Below are positions 1 through 11,263 of a stretch of 41,838 bases of DNA, one piece after another. The notes under the pieces are model-generated. The model searched no databases, was not told where the DNA came from, and saw nothing but the letters and a program-made list of their open reading frames with translations. Each line of letters opens with the position of its first letter. The first letter of the stretch is position 1. A program made the position numbers and the translations under genes. Origin of the DNA: Octopus bimaculoides (lineage: Eukaryota); NCBI RefSeq assembly GCF_001194135.2, contig NC_068981.1, positions 165,304,916 to 165,346,753 of the forward strand, given 5' to 3'.

Positions 1-43
<43 letters not shown>

Positions 44-268
44 CATACTTAACCCTAATACATCCTTTACATGACATGCAGTTATTAAAACACGGTTTCA
101 TATTATTCAAAACTTTAAGCACGTGATCTTTACATATTTGCATACACGTATTCATGCAGTATCACACAAGCATACATATATATACATACATACATACATA
201 CATACATACATGTTATACACACTGAATGATGACAGTCAAACACACGTACTCACCATTCGCTTCTTCTC

Positions 269-282
<14 letters not shown>

Positions 283-318
<36 letters not shown>

Positions 319-470
319 TGTTTCTGTGTTCGTCCTCCACCATCGCTTGAAAACCGATGCTGGTCTGTTTATGCCCCCGAAAAATAGCGGATCGGCAAAG
401 GAGACCGATAGAATAACTACTAGGCTGACATAGAATAACTACTAGGCTGACATAGAATAAGTTCTTAGTG
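283..470 (+). mobile_element. 3' half of family-A SINE (internal microsatellite type), degenerate, with an internal 23-bp tandem duplication
   Basis: (GT)n followed by catcgcttgaaaaccgatgctggt...cggatcggcaaaggagaccgatagaataa, matching 7310-7400; tagaataactactaggctgaca is duplicated. Confidence 0.75.
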
Positions 471-1100
471 GTTAGACCAGAACGAGGGTAAAATTAGTGA
501 ACGCTGGAGAAATATTTTCTTGCACAAGTGAAAACTTAGAAGAGAGAGATAGGATACATCCAGTTCTTAGGACTGTCCTGAAAGAAAAGAAAGATGATCA
601 CGTGTGGAAAAGAAGTATCATCACGTGTGGAAAAGAAAGATGGACGATGGTCACGTGTGAGCAACGAGAGAGAGAAAAGGAAAAAGAGGGAGAGAGAGAG
701 ACATATAGAAAACGGTGAAGGAGAGAAAAAGGGAAAAAATTTCTCCAGTGTTCGCTATCTTCCCTCGTTCTGGTCAAATGACCCTCCATGTTTGTTTTCA
801 TTCGGTTTCCCTGTACGTTCTTACTGTCCTGGTTTTGTTCCCAACTTTGACACTCCATAAATCCCAAATTTTATTTTGGTATTTATTGGAGCAACTGACT
901 TCGAAGACTTGTATTGTCGTTCAGTGCTCGAAATGAGAAGTAGATTGACAGCCGACAACTGATGAAGGGTCGTTCTTTGTGTTACTTATTCTGTTTTCCC
1001 CATTTGTTTCTCTCGTTGTTTGCGTATTGAACTCATTTGTTTCCGTATTTCAAGTTGTTTACCGTTGGTGACATTCTATACCCATATATGCATATGTATA
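470..1100. mobile_element. Probable Penelope-like pseudo-LTR fragment with an internal inverted duplication
   Basis: Inverted repeat 475-513/739-775; ctgatgaaggg at 959; gtgacattctatacccatatatgcat end resembles 8582-8620. Class assignment is inference. Confidence 0.4.
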
Positions 1101-1243
1101 CATGCATATATTATATATATATATATTATATATATATATGTATATGTATATATATAGATATATATATATATATATATATATATGCATGTATATATGTATG
1201 TATGTATGTATTTATGTATATATGTATGTATGTGTGTGTGTAT

Positions 1244-1290
<47 letters not shown>

Positions 1291-1489
1291 NNNNNNNNNN
1301 NNNNNNNNNNNNNNNNNNNNNNNNNNNNNNNNNNNNNNNNNNNNNNNNNNNNNNNNNNNNNNNNNNNNNNNNNNNNNNNNNNNNNNNNNNNNNNNNNNNN
1401 NNNNNNNNNNNNNNNNNNNNNNNNNNNNNNNNNNNNNTATATATATATATATATATATATATATTCTTGTATGTGTGAATGTGTTTGTG

Positions 1490-1712
1490 TGTGTGTGCGC
1501 GCGTGTGTGTGTCTTTGTCATTGTTCCCCCACATTGTTTGCGAACTGTTAATGGTTTTGTTTCCATCCTTGTATCCAAGCAGTTCTGCAAAAGAGTTCGA
1601 TAGAATAACAGCCAGGCTTTTTAAAATAAGCAATGGTGTCTATTTGTTCGACTAAAGCAGCTTCAGGGCAGTGTCACACCATGGCCACAATCCAATAACT
1701 GGGACATTTAAA
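1490..1712 (+). mobile_element. 3' half of family-A SINE, degenerate
   Basis: gagttcgatagaataa...gtctatttgttcgactaaa...catggccacaatccaataactgggac aligns with 7375-7480. Confidence 0.65.
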
Positions 1713-2084
1713 AGATAACAGATAAGCGAAAACAAAATTGTGCCATCCAAAAGCACAAGCACAAAAGACACTTACCTGAGGGCCCACCATTTCAGATAAC
1801 CAATGCTAATCTAAATCTGCTGTAGGTTGCTGTTAATAAGTATATATCATTCACGTCGCGTTACCATCAGAAGGCTAGGATGTTGTTGATACGGCACCGA
1901 CCACATAAGTAGCACCACAGCAAAGTACTACATATTGGTAGTTTCAGAAATATATAACAAAGACTGCGTATTATGAGAATTCAGTTCCATATTAGATATG
2001 AACCTTTCATCCGACGTAAGCAAAAAAAGAGAGGAAACAAATCGAGTTCAAAAGGTGTGTCAGAAAGTTCAGCTATTGCACGAG

Positions 2085-2306
2085 TGAATATTGGAGGGAG
2101 CTTGCCTCTACGTGGTAGCTCAACCTGCTAGAAACAAAAGACAAAATACCTACACATGACACAATACTGATTGCAAGGTAACTGAAGGAAACTACAGTAA
2201 TGAATATGGGAACGGAGCTTGCCTCTATGTGGTAACCCAGACTGCTAGAAACAAAAGACAAATCGCCCACACATGACACGTTACCGACTGCAAAGAAACT
2301 GAAGGA
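2085..2306 (+). repeat. Two-unit tandem repeat, period 117 bp
   Basis: ggagcttgcctcta(c/t)gtggta...ctgctagaaacaaaagacaaa...acacatgacac...actgaagga starts at both 2097 and 2214. Confidence 0.9.
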
Positions 2307-3099
2307 GATGTTGGCCGTTCTATTTAGTTCTATATATTAGAAAAAAGACAAGATGATCATGGCTGGAATACCTTTAAACATTGATCTGTTTGATCAGATC
2401 ATCGGGGCAGTCTTTGTTGTTGACGTTAGACCCATCCCTAGTACCTCTTCCTCCTATACATGTTTACAACGTAGACCCCAAAGCGCCGTTCCAATTAAAG
2501 TGTCGCCTTGGGCGGACATCCTCTCCCACCTACCTCTAACTACCCTACAACAGTTATAACTTGCAGGTAATCAGCAACAGTATCAGCAATGTTTTTATCA
2601 TCAATAATGTCAATTCGTATCTATAAATTCATATAAACTCATGGTGTCAATGATAAAGCTGCCAAATATTCAAAATGAAATGTCGAAATTATCCACTACA
2701 AAAAAAAAAAAATTGAAGACATAAGGCAAAAGACAGAGAGGAGGAGTAGAGAGAGAGAGTGGGGTGGGTGAACTAAAATACGTTCTTGGAATCTGTTCAG
2801 CAAACAGTAAAATATGCCAAGTTGTCCAGTTGTTTGACTCAAAATTTGGAACCTTGGTTCTCAAGTTCAACCACGTTTTCGTTTTACAGACGAACCGAAG
2901 GACTACAAAATAAAATACAGACGCGTATGTTAAAACAACATACTAAACGATCGTTAAAAAAATAAATTACACCATGCAGATCATTAAAAAAAAAAATACA
3001 CACACACACACACACGTCTATTTCGACATGATTTTTGTAGAATAACATACATTAGGACAACATGAATAAGCAAACAAACAGGCTCACACGCATTCATTC

Positions 3100-3130
<31 letters not shown>

Positions 3131-3311
3131 TACATACATACATACATATATATATATATATAGATAGATAGATAGATAGATAGATACACGCATACATATA
3201 TATATATACATATATATATACATAGATGTATACATAAATGTACACGTACGTATACACATAGAAGCATAGTTATGAGTATGCGCGTGCGTATGTGTGCAAA
3301 CGTTTGTCTTT

Positions 3312-3361
<50 letters not shown>

Positions 3362-3734
3362 GTGTTTATGTTCGTGTATGTCTGCGTGTGTGTGTGTGTG
3401 TATGTATGTGTGTGTGCGCGTGCGAACATCCAAACATACAAATTAAATCAACAATGTTGGTGGTGTCACAAAACGAAGTAAGTGTTTTATCCATCAATCC
3501 TTAATATAGGGAGTCAAAAGGGGGTCATAAAGAAAACGATAACAATGTTATATAAACCTTAACTAAACGACTATAGCAAATATACACACAAGCATGTACA
3601 AGTTCCCAGAAGCACATGTGTGCGGGTGGTGCGTGTCTGTGTGTGTGTATGTGTGTGAGTTTGTGTGTGCGCGCGCCCACGTGTGTGTGCTAGTATGTGT
3701 ATAATTTTATGAATGTACTCGTATAATATCTAAC

Positions 3735-3735
<1 letters not shown>

Positions 3736-3799
<64 letters not shown>

Positions 3800-3957
3800 N
3801 NNNNNNNNNNNNNNNNNNNNNNNNNNNNNNNNNNNNNNNNNNNNNNNNNNNNNNNNNNNNNNNNNNNNNNNNNNNNNNNNNTGGATGGATGGATGGATGG
3901 ATGGATGGATGGATGGATGGATGGATGGATGGATGGATGGATGGATGGATAGATAGA
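3736..3957. repeat. (GATA)n / gap / (TGGA)n compound microsatellite
   Basis: Direct reading. Confidence 0.95.
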
Positions 3958-4421
3958 TATCCGATGGATGGCGGAAGGTCTTTAAATTCCCAATGGAATT
4001 GTAGAAGTACCGTTGCGACATAAGACATTTCTTGAGCGCTTTAAACCTGGTTTGACCATTTTGGGGGTGGAGTTCTCTTTCTTTGTTTCTCTATTTTGCA
4101 GTTTGATTACAATTGTCTTTTGTTTGTCGCTGTATCTATCCGCTTAGTTTTGTATGCAAATTGCTGAAGACAGCAAACTGCTTTGGGTATTCATTCTTAC
4201 ACCGAGTGAAATGACAGTAGAATCTAACTTTGATTGATGATAGTGATTACACAATATATTAATACTATCATCTCACCAATGTGTTACGTGTATTAAAATA
4301 TGTCGAAACAATTGTAGTGAAATTTATACAAATAATGTGTCTCGATTTATTTTCTGTTATTTATCTATATCTTTATCTACATCTATCTATTTATCTATAT
4401 ATTTATTTAGCTATCTATATA

Positions 4422-5471
4422 CAGGCATGCCTCGGCTTACGTCGTTTCGATTTAAGTCGTTCTCGATTATACGTTGGTTTTCAAAAATAGTGTATGGAAA
4501 AATAAATATCCAGTTAAGTCATTTTACTCGACTTTACGTCTGTCCGCCACAAATATTGGAATCGTAAAATCACTAGAAAACCGTTAAAAGCACATAAAAT
4601 CATATTACTGTACAATAAATAAGAATAAAAGCGTATAAAATCATATTAAAATGCGTACAGTAAATGTTAAGATACACACCATAAAGTAGCGTAGCTTAGT
4701 GAACGAAATCATGAAACCAGCTGTGTTGTCTTATTTATCGGTATTTCGGAGCTTCATATCGCACTGTAGTTCCAATATCTCCCGTTAAGTGTCGTTGTCA
4801 TTTGTGATTCATGCGATTGTTTCGAATTCAGATTTTTTTACGTCTGTTTATCGGCTACTTTCTCATTCTCATTCATTTGTGACTTTATCTTTTGCCCCCA
4901 TGGGTTACTGTTGTTGTTTTTGAAGATTGGTTCTTCAATCATTTTATCCCAGCAGCAGAGAAGTACTGTAAAGAGAAGGGGATTCTTTTTAAGGTTTTAC
5001 TTATCTTAGATAATGCTCCTGGCCACTCGCAAAACATCGTAGAATTTGACCCCAATGTCACCGTCGTATACCTCCCTCCGAATACCACCTCTCTTCTGCA
5101 GCCAATGGATCAGGGAATAATAGCTATCTTCAAGCGTTACTATATGAAGTGTACGCTGCTGCTAGCAATAGCTGCAACTGATCTTGATGAGTCCATCACA
5201 CTTCGTGACTTTTGGAAGAGATACGATATCTACAAGGTTGTACAGAACATGGCAGCGGCATGGAATGATGTACAGAGCACGGCTATGAATGGTGTATGGA
5301 AGAAGCTATGTTCGAAATTCATGAATGATTTTAAGAGGTTTGATAATGTTGCCATCAACAAAACTTTGGGGACTACGAGCAAGGAACTGGAAAAGGATTT
5401 TGAGGAGGAGGATTTCACAGGTTTTAAATTGAGGCTAATTAAACTAAATAGTCAATTTATCACCCTCAGTA
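4422..5471 (+). mobile_element. Tigger/pogo-type DNA transposon remnant, internally deleted, with a DDE_1 transposase fragment at 4892-5470
   Basis: TA|CAGGCATGCCTCGGCTTACG Tigger1-like left TIR at 4420-4441; ORF has VLLILDNAPGH and LPPNTTSLLQPMDQGII catalytic motifs; N-terminal HTH and first Asp absent; right end lost in gap. Confidence 0.9.
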
Positions 5472-5518
5472 NNNNNNNNNNNNNNNNNNNNNNNNNNNNN
5501 NNNNNNNNNNNNNNNNNN

Positions 5519-5555
<37 letters not shown>

Positions 5556-6144
5556 GTATGTATATAATTTTATATTCACTGATGAATATGTAATTCTTTT
5601 TTCTTTTTTTTTTTTTTGATATCGTGAAGATGGCATCACAGATACATGCAGACACACATATATAACTATCAATATCAGCCGTATTAGCAGCGACACAAAC
5701 ACCACTTATACCAATGTAAACACCAGCATCGCTACCGTCACTACCAGGAACAAAACAGCGACCTAAACAACGTGTTTTACGATAGCAGTCAACCAACCGC
5801 AACGATAAACTACACTATGTCAAGATCCACGATGACACATCAACAATAACAACGTTAAACAATAAGAGCAATCATAAAAAGAGAAAAGACAGGAAAACAA
5901 ACAAGGAGCAGCAAACAATACATCAATCTCACACCGGCTCATAGACATGCCGTTTTACCCCAAAGCCGCTTTTATTACTGTCACAACGATCTATGTTCTT
6001 TTGAACTAGCGACCTACACATACTCTTTCCTCGGGCGAGTTCATTTCTCCTACCGCAATTCTTATTGTATTTTGTTTTTAAAACATTGCACTTAACACTT
6101 CGTCCAGTCATTACCTCTGAAGCATAACCTGAGTCAAAATTCTC

Positions 6145-6592
6145 TTTCCCTGGTATTCAAATATCTGTTTAAAATTTTCGTACAAGGCCAGCAATTTCTG
6201 AGTGGGAGTAAGTCGATTACAACGCCCCCAACGTTCCACCGGTACTCATTTTATCGACCCCGAAAGGATGAAAAGAAAAATCAACCTCGGAAGAATGTGA
6301 AATTCCACCAAGCATTTTGCTCGGCGTGCTAACTGTTCTACCAGCTTGTCGCTTTCCTGTTATTCAAATATTGGTTTCAAATTTTGGCACAAGGCCAGCA
6401 ATTTCGGGGGAGGGGGTAAATCGATTACTTCGAACTCAGTGTTCGAGTGGTACACATTTTATCGATCCCGAAAGGATGAAAGAGAAAACTAACCTCGGCG
6501 GAATTTGAACTCAGAACGTAAAGACGAACGAAATCCAGTCAAGCATTTTGTCCGGCATGCTATCGGCTCTTCCAGCTCGCCGCCTTCCTGTT
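6145..6592 (-). mobile_element. Two head-to-tail copies of family-B tRNA-derived SINE (Meta-like core)
   Basis: Minus strand reads ggcggcgagctgg...gagttcaaattccgccgaggtt...tttcatcctttcggg(g/a)tcgataaaatg...gctggccttgtgccaaaatttgaaa twice; core resembles the MetaSINE/Sauria domain. Confidence 0.85.
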
Positions 6593-6636
6593 ATTCAATT
6601 ATTGATGTACATACGAGCTAGTAGGCTGAGTTATGG

Positions 6637-6989
6637 GTGAAGGCGCATAGCTCAGTTGTTAGAGCGTCGAACTCACCATTATGAGGCAGTGAGCTTGATT
6701 CCGGACCGGGCTATGTGTTGCATTGTGTTCTTGAGCGAGTCATTTTATTTCATGTTGCTCCCGTTCACTCAGCTGTAGAAATGAGTTACGACATCACTGG
6801 AGCCAAACTGTATCGGCCTTTGCCTTTCCCATGGATAACATTGGTGGTATGGAGAGGAGAGATTGGTGTGCATGGGCGACTGCTGGTCTTCCATAAACAA
6901 CCTTGCTCTGACTTGTGCCTCGGAGGGGAACTTTCTAGGTGCCATCCCATGGTCATTCATGACCGAAAGGGGTCTTTACCCTTACCCTA
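6637..6989 (+). mobile_element. Full-length family-C tRNA-derived SINE (CORE-like central domain, TTACCC-type tail)
   Basis: A-box-like tagctcagttgttagagc, degenerate B-box gcttgattcc, cttgagcgagtcattttatttc...cactcagctgtagaaatgag core, tttacccttaccct tail. Confidence 0.75.
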
Positions 6990-7068
6990 GTAGACTGAGT
7001 AGCCCCTCGTTCTTTGACTAGCATCAAAAGAAAAAAACACAATGAAACTCGCTGTAAATTTACTTATA

Positions 7069-7239
7069 GGTGCAGGAGTGGCTGTGTGGTAAGTAGCTTG
7101 CCTACCAACCACATGGTTCTGGGTTCAGTCCCACTACGTGGCACCTTGGGCAAATGTCTTCCACTATAGCTTCGGACCGACCAAAGCCTTGTGAGTGGAT
7201 TTAGTAGACGGAAACTGAAAGAAGCCCGTCGTATATATG

Positions 7240-7274
<35 letters not shown>

Positions 7275-7512
7275 ATATATTTGTCTGTCTGTGTTTGTCC
7301 CCCCCCCCCAACTTCGCTTGACAACCGATGCTGGTGTGTTTACGTCCCCGTAACTTAGCGGTTCGGCAAAAGAGACCGATAGAATAAGTACTAGGCTTAC
7401 AAAGAATAAGTCCTGAGGGTCGATTTGCTCGACTAAAGGCGGTGCTCCAGCATGGCCGCAGTCAAATGACTGAAACAAATAAAAGAGTAAAAGAGTAAAA
7501 GAGTAAAAGAGT
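7069..7512 (+). mobile_element. Full-length family-A tRNA-derived SINE with internal (TA)n/(TG)n tract and (TAAAAGAG)n tail
   Basis: A-box tggctgtgtggtaag, B-box gggttcagtccc, internal microsatellite 7230-7280, tail taaaagag x4; near-identical copies elsewhere in window. Confidence 0.92.
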
Positions 7513-8215
7513 ATATAGCTGAAAAGGGAATCATCAAAATGTGTGAAATTTTCCAGATATTTCAGGATTCTTAAACTCAGTATTTGTTATAAACTTGCAT
7601 TTAATGTTTCATTCTGTGTTATTTCTTCTCCTTCTATGCCATAAAGTATTGATTTTCCTTCCATGCTTCTTGTTTTGTTTTTTGTTTTTTTTGTTTTTTT
7701 TTACTTTTCGCCGTTTTATTTAAATAATCTTAATCTTAATAAATACGCATTTAATTAAGAACCATCTTAAAAGACGACTGACAAAGTAAGCAAAAGAAAT
7801 GTTTTCGTTGTTGTGATACAAGCAACGAAGCAGCAATTAATTAATTAAATTTAATCTCAATGAATAAACAGAATTAAGATGAACATTTGTACACCCGAAA
7901 TGTTTTGGTAGAAATATAAAATCGAGAACATTAAATATTTGTAGAAAAATTACTGTCTATATACACCTTAACTACTATAAGAGGATTTTTCGCAAGTTTT
8001 TCCCCTTTTATAACTTTATTCTTTCTCTCCCTCTCCCTCTATTTCTCTCGCGCGCGCTCACGCAATCTCTCTCCCTACCTATTTCTCTCCCATTCTCTCT
8101 CTCTCTTACTCTATCTACCTAACTATTTCTACAACTATGTATGTTAGACTATCTAGTTCTGTTCTATCTCACATTCTCCCCACCCCACGTCTCTAATAAG
8201 AAATTCGGGCGTTTT

Positions 8216-8440
8216 GTTCTTTTATTCTTCTACTTGTTTCAGTCATTAGACTGCAGCCATGCTGGGGCACCGCCTTCAAACGTTTAGTCGAAGAAATCGA
8301 CTCTAATTTTTTTTTAAAGCTGATGTTTATTCTATCATCCTCTTTTACCGAACCTCTAAGTTACAAGGACGTAAACATATCAGTACGGTTTTCAATCGGT
8401 AATGGGGGCAAACATAAACACGAATATGCACACACTCACG
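8216..8440 (-). mobile_element. 3' half of family-A SINE
   Basis: tacttgtttcagtcattagactgcagccatgctggggcaccgcc... is the reverse complement of the 7430-7490 end. Confidence 0.8.
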
Positions 8441-8454
8441 CACATATATGTATG

Positions 8455-8491
<37 letters not shown>

Positions 8492-9182
8492 ATAATATAT
8501 ATGCATATTTACATACGTATATTTACACACATCTATACGTATATATATACTCGTGGTTCGTATTTTTTGTTGTACACGTTTCGTGACGTCCTGTACCCAC
8601 ATATACATATATCATGCATACGTACAGATGTAAGTGTGTACATATACGTATGTATATATGCATATATATATATATATATANNNNNNNNNNNNNNNNNNNN
8701 NNNNNNNNNNNNNNNNNNNNNNNNNNNNNNNNNNNNNNNNNNNNNNNNNNNNNNNNNNNNNNNNNNNNNNNNNNNNNNNNNNNNNNNNNNNNNNNNNNNN
8801 NNNNNNNNNNNNNNNNNNNNNNNNNNNNNNNNNNNNNNNNNNNNNNNNNNNNNNNNNNNNNNNNNNNNNNNNNNNNNNNNNNNNNNNNNNNNNNNNNNNN
8901 NNNNNNNNNNNNNNNNNNNNNNNNNNNNNNNNNNNNNNNNNNNNNNNNNNNNNNNNNNNAACTCTATCCAACGACTATTGGTAACGATTACAAAATTTAC
9001 TGGAAAAATATGTATATATATATATATATATATCTTCTTACCTATCTCCCCCTCTCGTTCTTCTTCCTTCAGTTGTCCTTGCTTCTCCCCTTCACTACTA
9101 TACCGCTCTCTTACTCTCCCTCCTTGTCTCTCGTCGCTCACCTATGTTCAACTTCCTCCCTTTTCCTCTCTCTACCACTCCT

Positions 9183-9562
9183 GGGGGTCGATGTACTCGA
9201 TTTAATCCCTTACCCGAAATTGCTGGCATTGTGCCAAAATTTGAAATCAATATTTGCAACTTTATATGAAAGCAGTGAGGTAGCAGAATCGTTAGCACAC
9301 CGGACAAAATGCTTAGCGACATTTCTAGCGTCTTTACGTTCTGAGTTCAAATTCAACCGAGGTCGGCTTTGTCTTTCATCCTTTCGAGGTCCATAAAATA
9401 AGTGCCAATTGAGTACTGGGTCGATGTAACCGACTTACCTACTGCTCCGAAATTACTGGCCTTGTACCAAAATTTGAACCCAATATTTCTAACTTTGAAT
9501 TAAGGCGGCGAGTTTAGCGGCGTTTCGTCCATTTTTACGTTCTGAGTTCAAATCCCACCGAA
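9183..9562 (+). mobile_element. Tandem family-B SINE units (tail + full copy + truncated head)
   Basis: Repeated aaattgctggc...tgccaaaatttgaa...caatattt and ttacgttctgagttcaaat; core ctttgtctttcatcctttcgagg. Confidence 0.8.
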
Positions 9563-10103
9563 CATAACAAACAGGATGAAAACAAACAAAAGGTATATCT
9601 TTAGTTGTTTTCTATGAATTTTCAGTGTCGACGCTTTAGAGAGGTCCACTGGTCCTATTGGTGTCAACAACAATTATATGTTAGGGATAGATGCAACGGA
9701 AAGAAACACCAAAGCAGGTAAAAACTAATTGTCAGGCTTTAGTACCTGGACAGAGAAAACAGAAAGACAGGGAAAATATATGGTTAGGAGTTAAAGACTA
9801 TGAGAAAGAAAAGAGGGAGAACTGTCTTTTACAATAAAAATAAACAAAACAAGTGCAACATTAAAAGTAAAAGAGAAAGAGAAGAAATAAAAGAGAAAGA
9901 GATGGAGAAAGAAAATTGAAAGTACGTATTTTCTTATTACTGAAGGGATGCTGAAAGTAATGGAAACCATCAACTCAATCATAGATTAATGTATGTTATT
10001 TCATAATCTTACGTTTCTGTTTCTACCGAAGAATTGTGGTTGCGTAATAAACTGAATTTATATTAAAAATATATTTATCTTAGAATTGTATGTATGTATA
10101 TAT

Positions 10104-10440
10104 GGAGTGGCTGTGTGGTAAGTAGCTTGCTTACTAACCACATGGTCCCGGGTTCAGTCCCACTGCGTGGCATCTTGGGCAAGTGTCTTCTACTATAGCC
10201 TCGGGCCGACCAAAGCCTTGTGAGTGGATTTAGTAGACGGAAACTGAAAGAAGCCCATAGTATATATGTGTATATATATATATGTATGTGTGTATATGTT
10301 TGTGTGTCTGTGTTTGTACCCCCAACATCGCTTGACAACCGATGCTGGTGTGTTTATGTCCCCGTAACTTAGCGGTTCGGCAAAAGAGGCCGATACAATA
10401 AGAACTAGGCTTCTAAAGAATAAGTCCTGGGGTCGATTTG
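10104..10440 (+). mobile_element. Family-A SINE running into an assembly gap
   Basis: ggagtggctgtgtggtaagtagcttgc... near-identical to 7075 onward. Confidence 0.92.
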
Positions 10441-10863
10441 NNNNNNNNNNNNNNNNNNNNNNNNNNNNNNNNNNNNNNNNNNNNNNNNNNNNNNNNNNNN
10501 NNNNNNNNNNNNNNNNNNNNNNNNNNNNNNNNNNNNNNNNNNNNNNNNNNNNNNNNNNNNNNNNNNNNNNNNNNNNNNNNNNNNNNNNNNNNNNNNNNNN
10601 NNNNNNNNNNNNNNNNNNNNNNNNNNNNNNNNNNNNNNNNNNNNNNNNNNNNNNNNNNNNNNNNNNNNNNNNNNNNNNNNNNNNNNNNNNNNNNNNNNNN
10701 NNNNNNNNNNNNNNNNNNNNNNNNNNNNNNNNNNNNNNNNNNNNNNNNNNNNNNNNNNNNNNNNNNNNNNNNNNNNNNNNNNNNNNNNNNNNNNNNNNNN
10801 NNNNNNNNNNNNNNNNNNNNNNNNNNNNNNNNNNNNNNNNNNNNNNNNNNNNNNNNNNNNNNN

Positions 10864-11263
10864 TACTCTTTTTACTTGTTTCAGTCATTTGACTGTGGCC
10901 ATGCTGGAGCACCGCCTTTAGACGAGCAAATCGACCCCAGGACTTATTCTTTGTAAGCCTAGTACTTATTCTATCGGTCTCTTTTGCCGAACCGCTAAGT
11001 TACGGGGACGTAAACACACCAGCATCGGTTGTCAAGTGATGTTGGGTGGACAAACACAGACACAGAAACACACATATATATATATACATATACATATATA
11101 CGACGGACTTCTTTCAGTTTCCGTCTACTAAATCCACTCACAAGGCTTTGGTCGGCCCGAGGCTATAGTAGAAGACACTTGCCCAAGGTGCCACGCAGTG
11201 GGACTGAACCCGGAACCATGTGGCTGGTAAGCCAGCTACTTACCACACAGCCACACCTGCGCC
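10864..11263 (-). mobile_element. Full-length family-A SINE, tail-to-tail with the 10104 copy
   Basis: Reverse complement of the 7069-7512 element. Confidence 0.92.

Noticed and set aside
925-1000. Hammerhead at CTGATGAAGGG (959) with upstream GAAA (930)
   Set aside because: No stem II closing onto a GAAA and no stem III in any topology; at most a partial relic.
1771-1830. Minus-strand exon ending at strong donor CAG|GTAAGT
   Set aside because: All frames from the nearest acceptor contain stops; no partner exons found.
6642-6715. tRNA gene (also heads at 7069, 10104, 22310, 36941)
   Set aside because: A/B boxes are present but there is no intact cloverleaf, and each continues into a SINE body.
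10104-11263. Inverted SINE pair as a duplicated-contig artefact
   Set aside because: The two copies differ at multiple positions in head and microsatellite, so they are distinct insertions; spacing is still uncertain.
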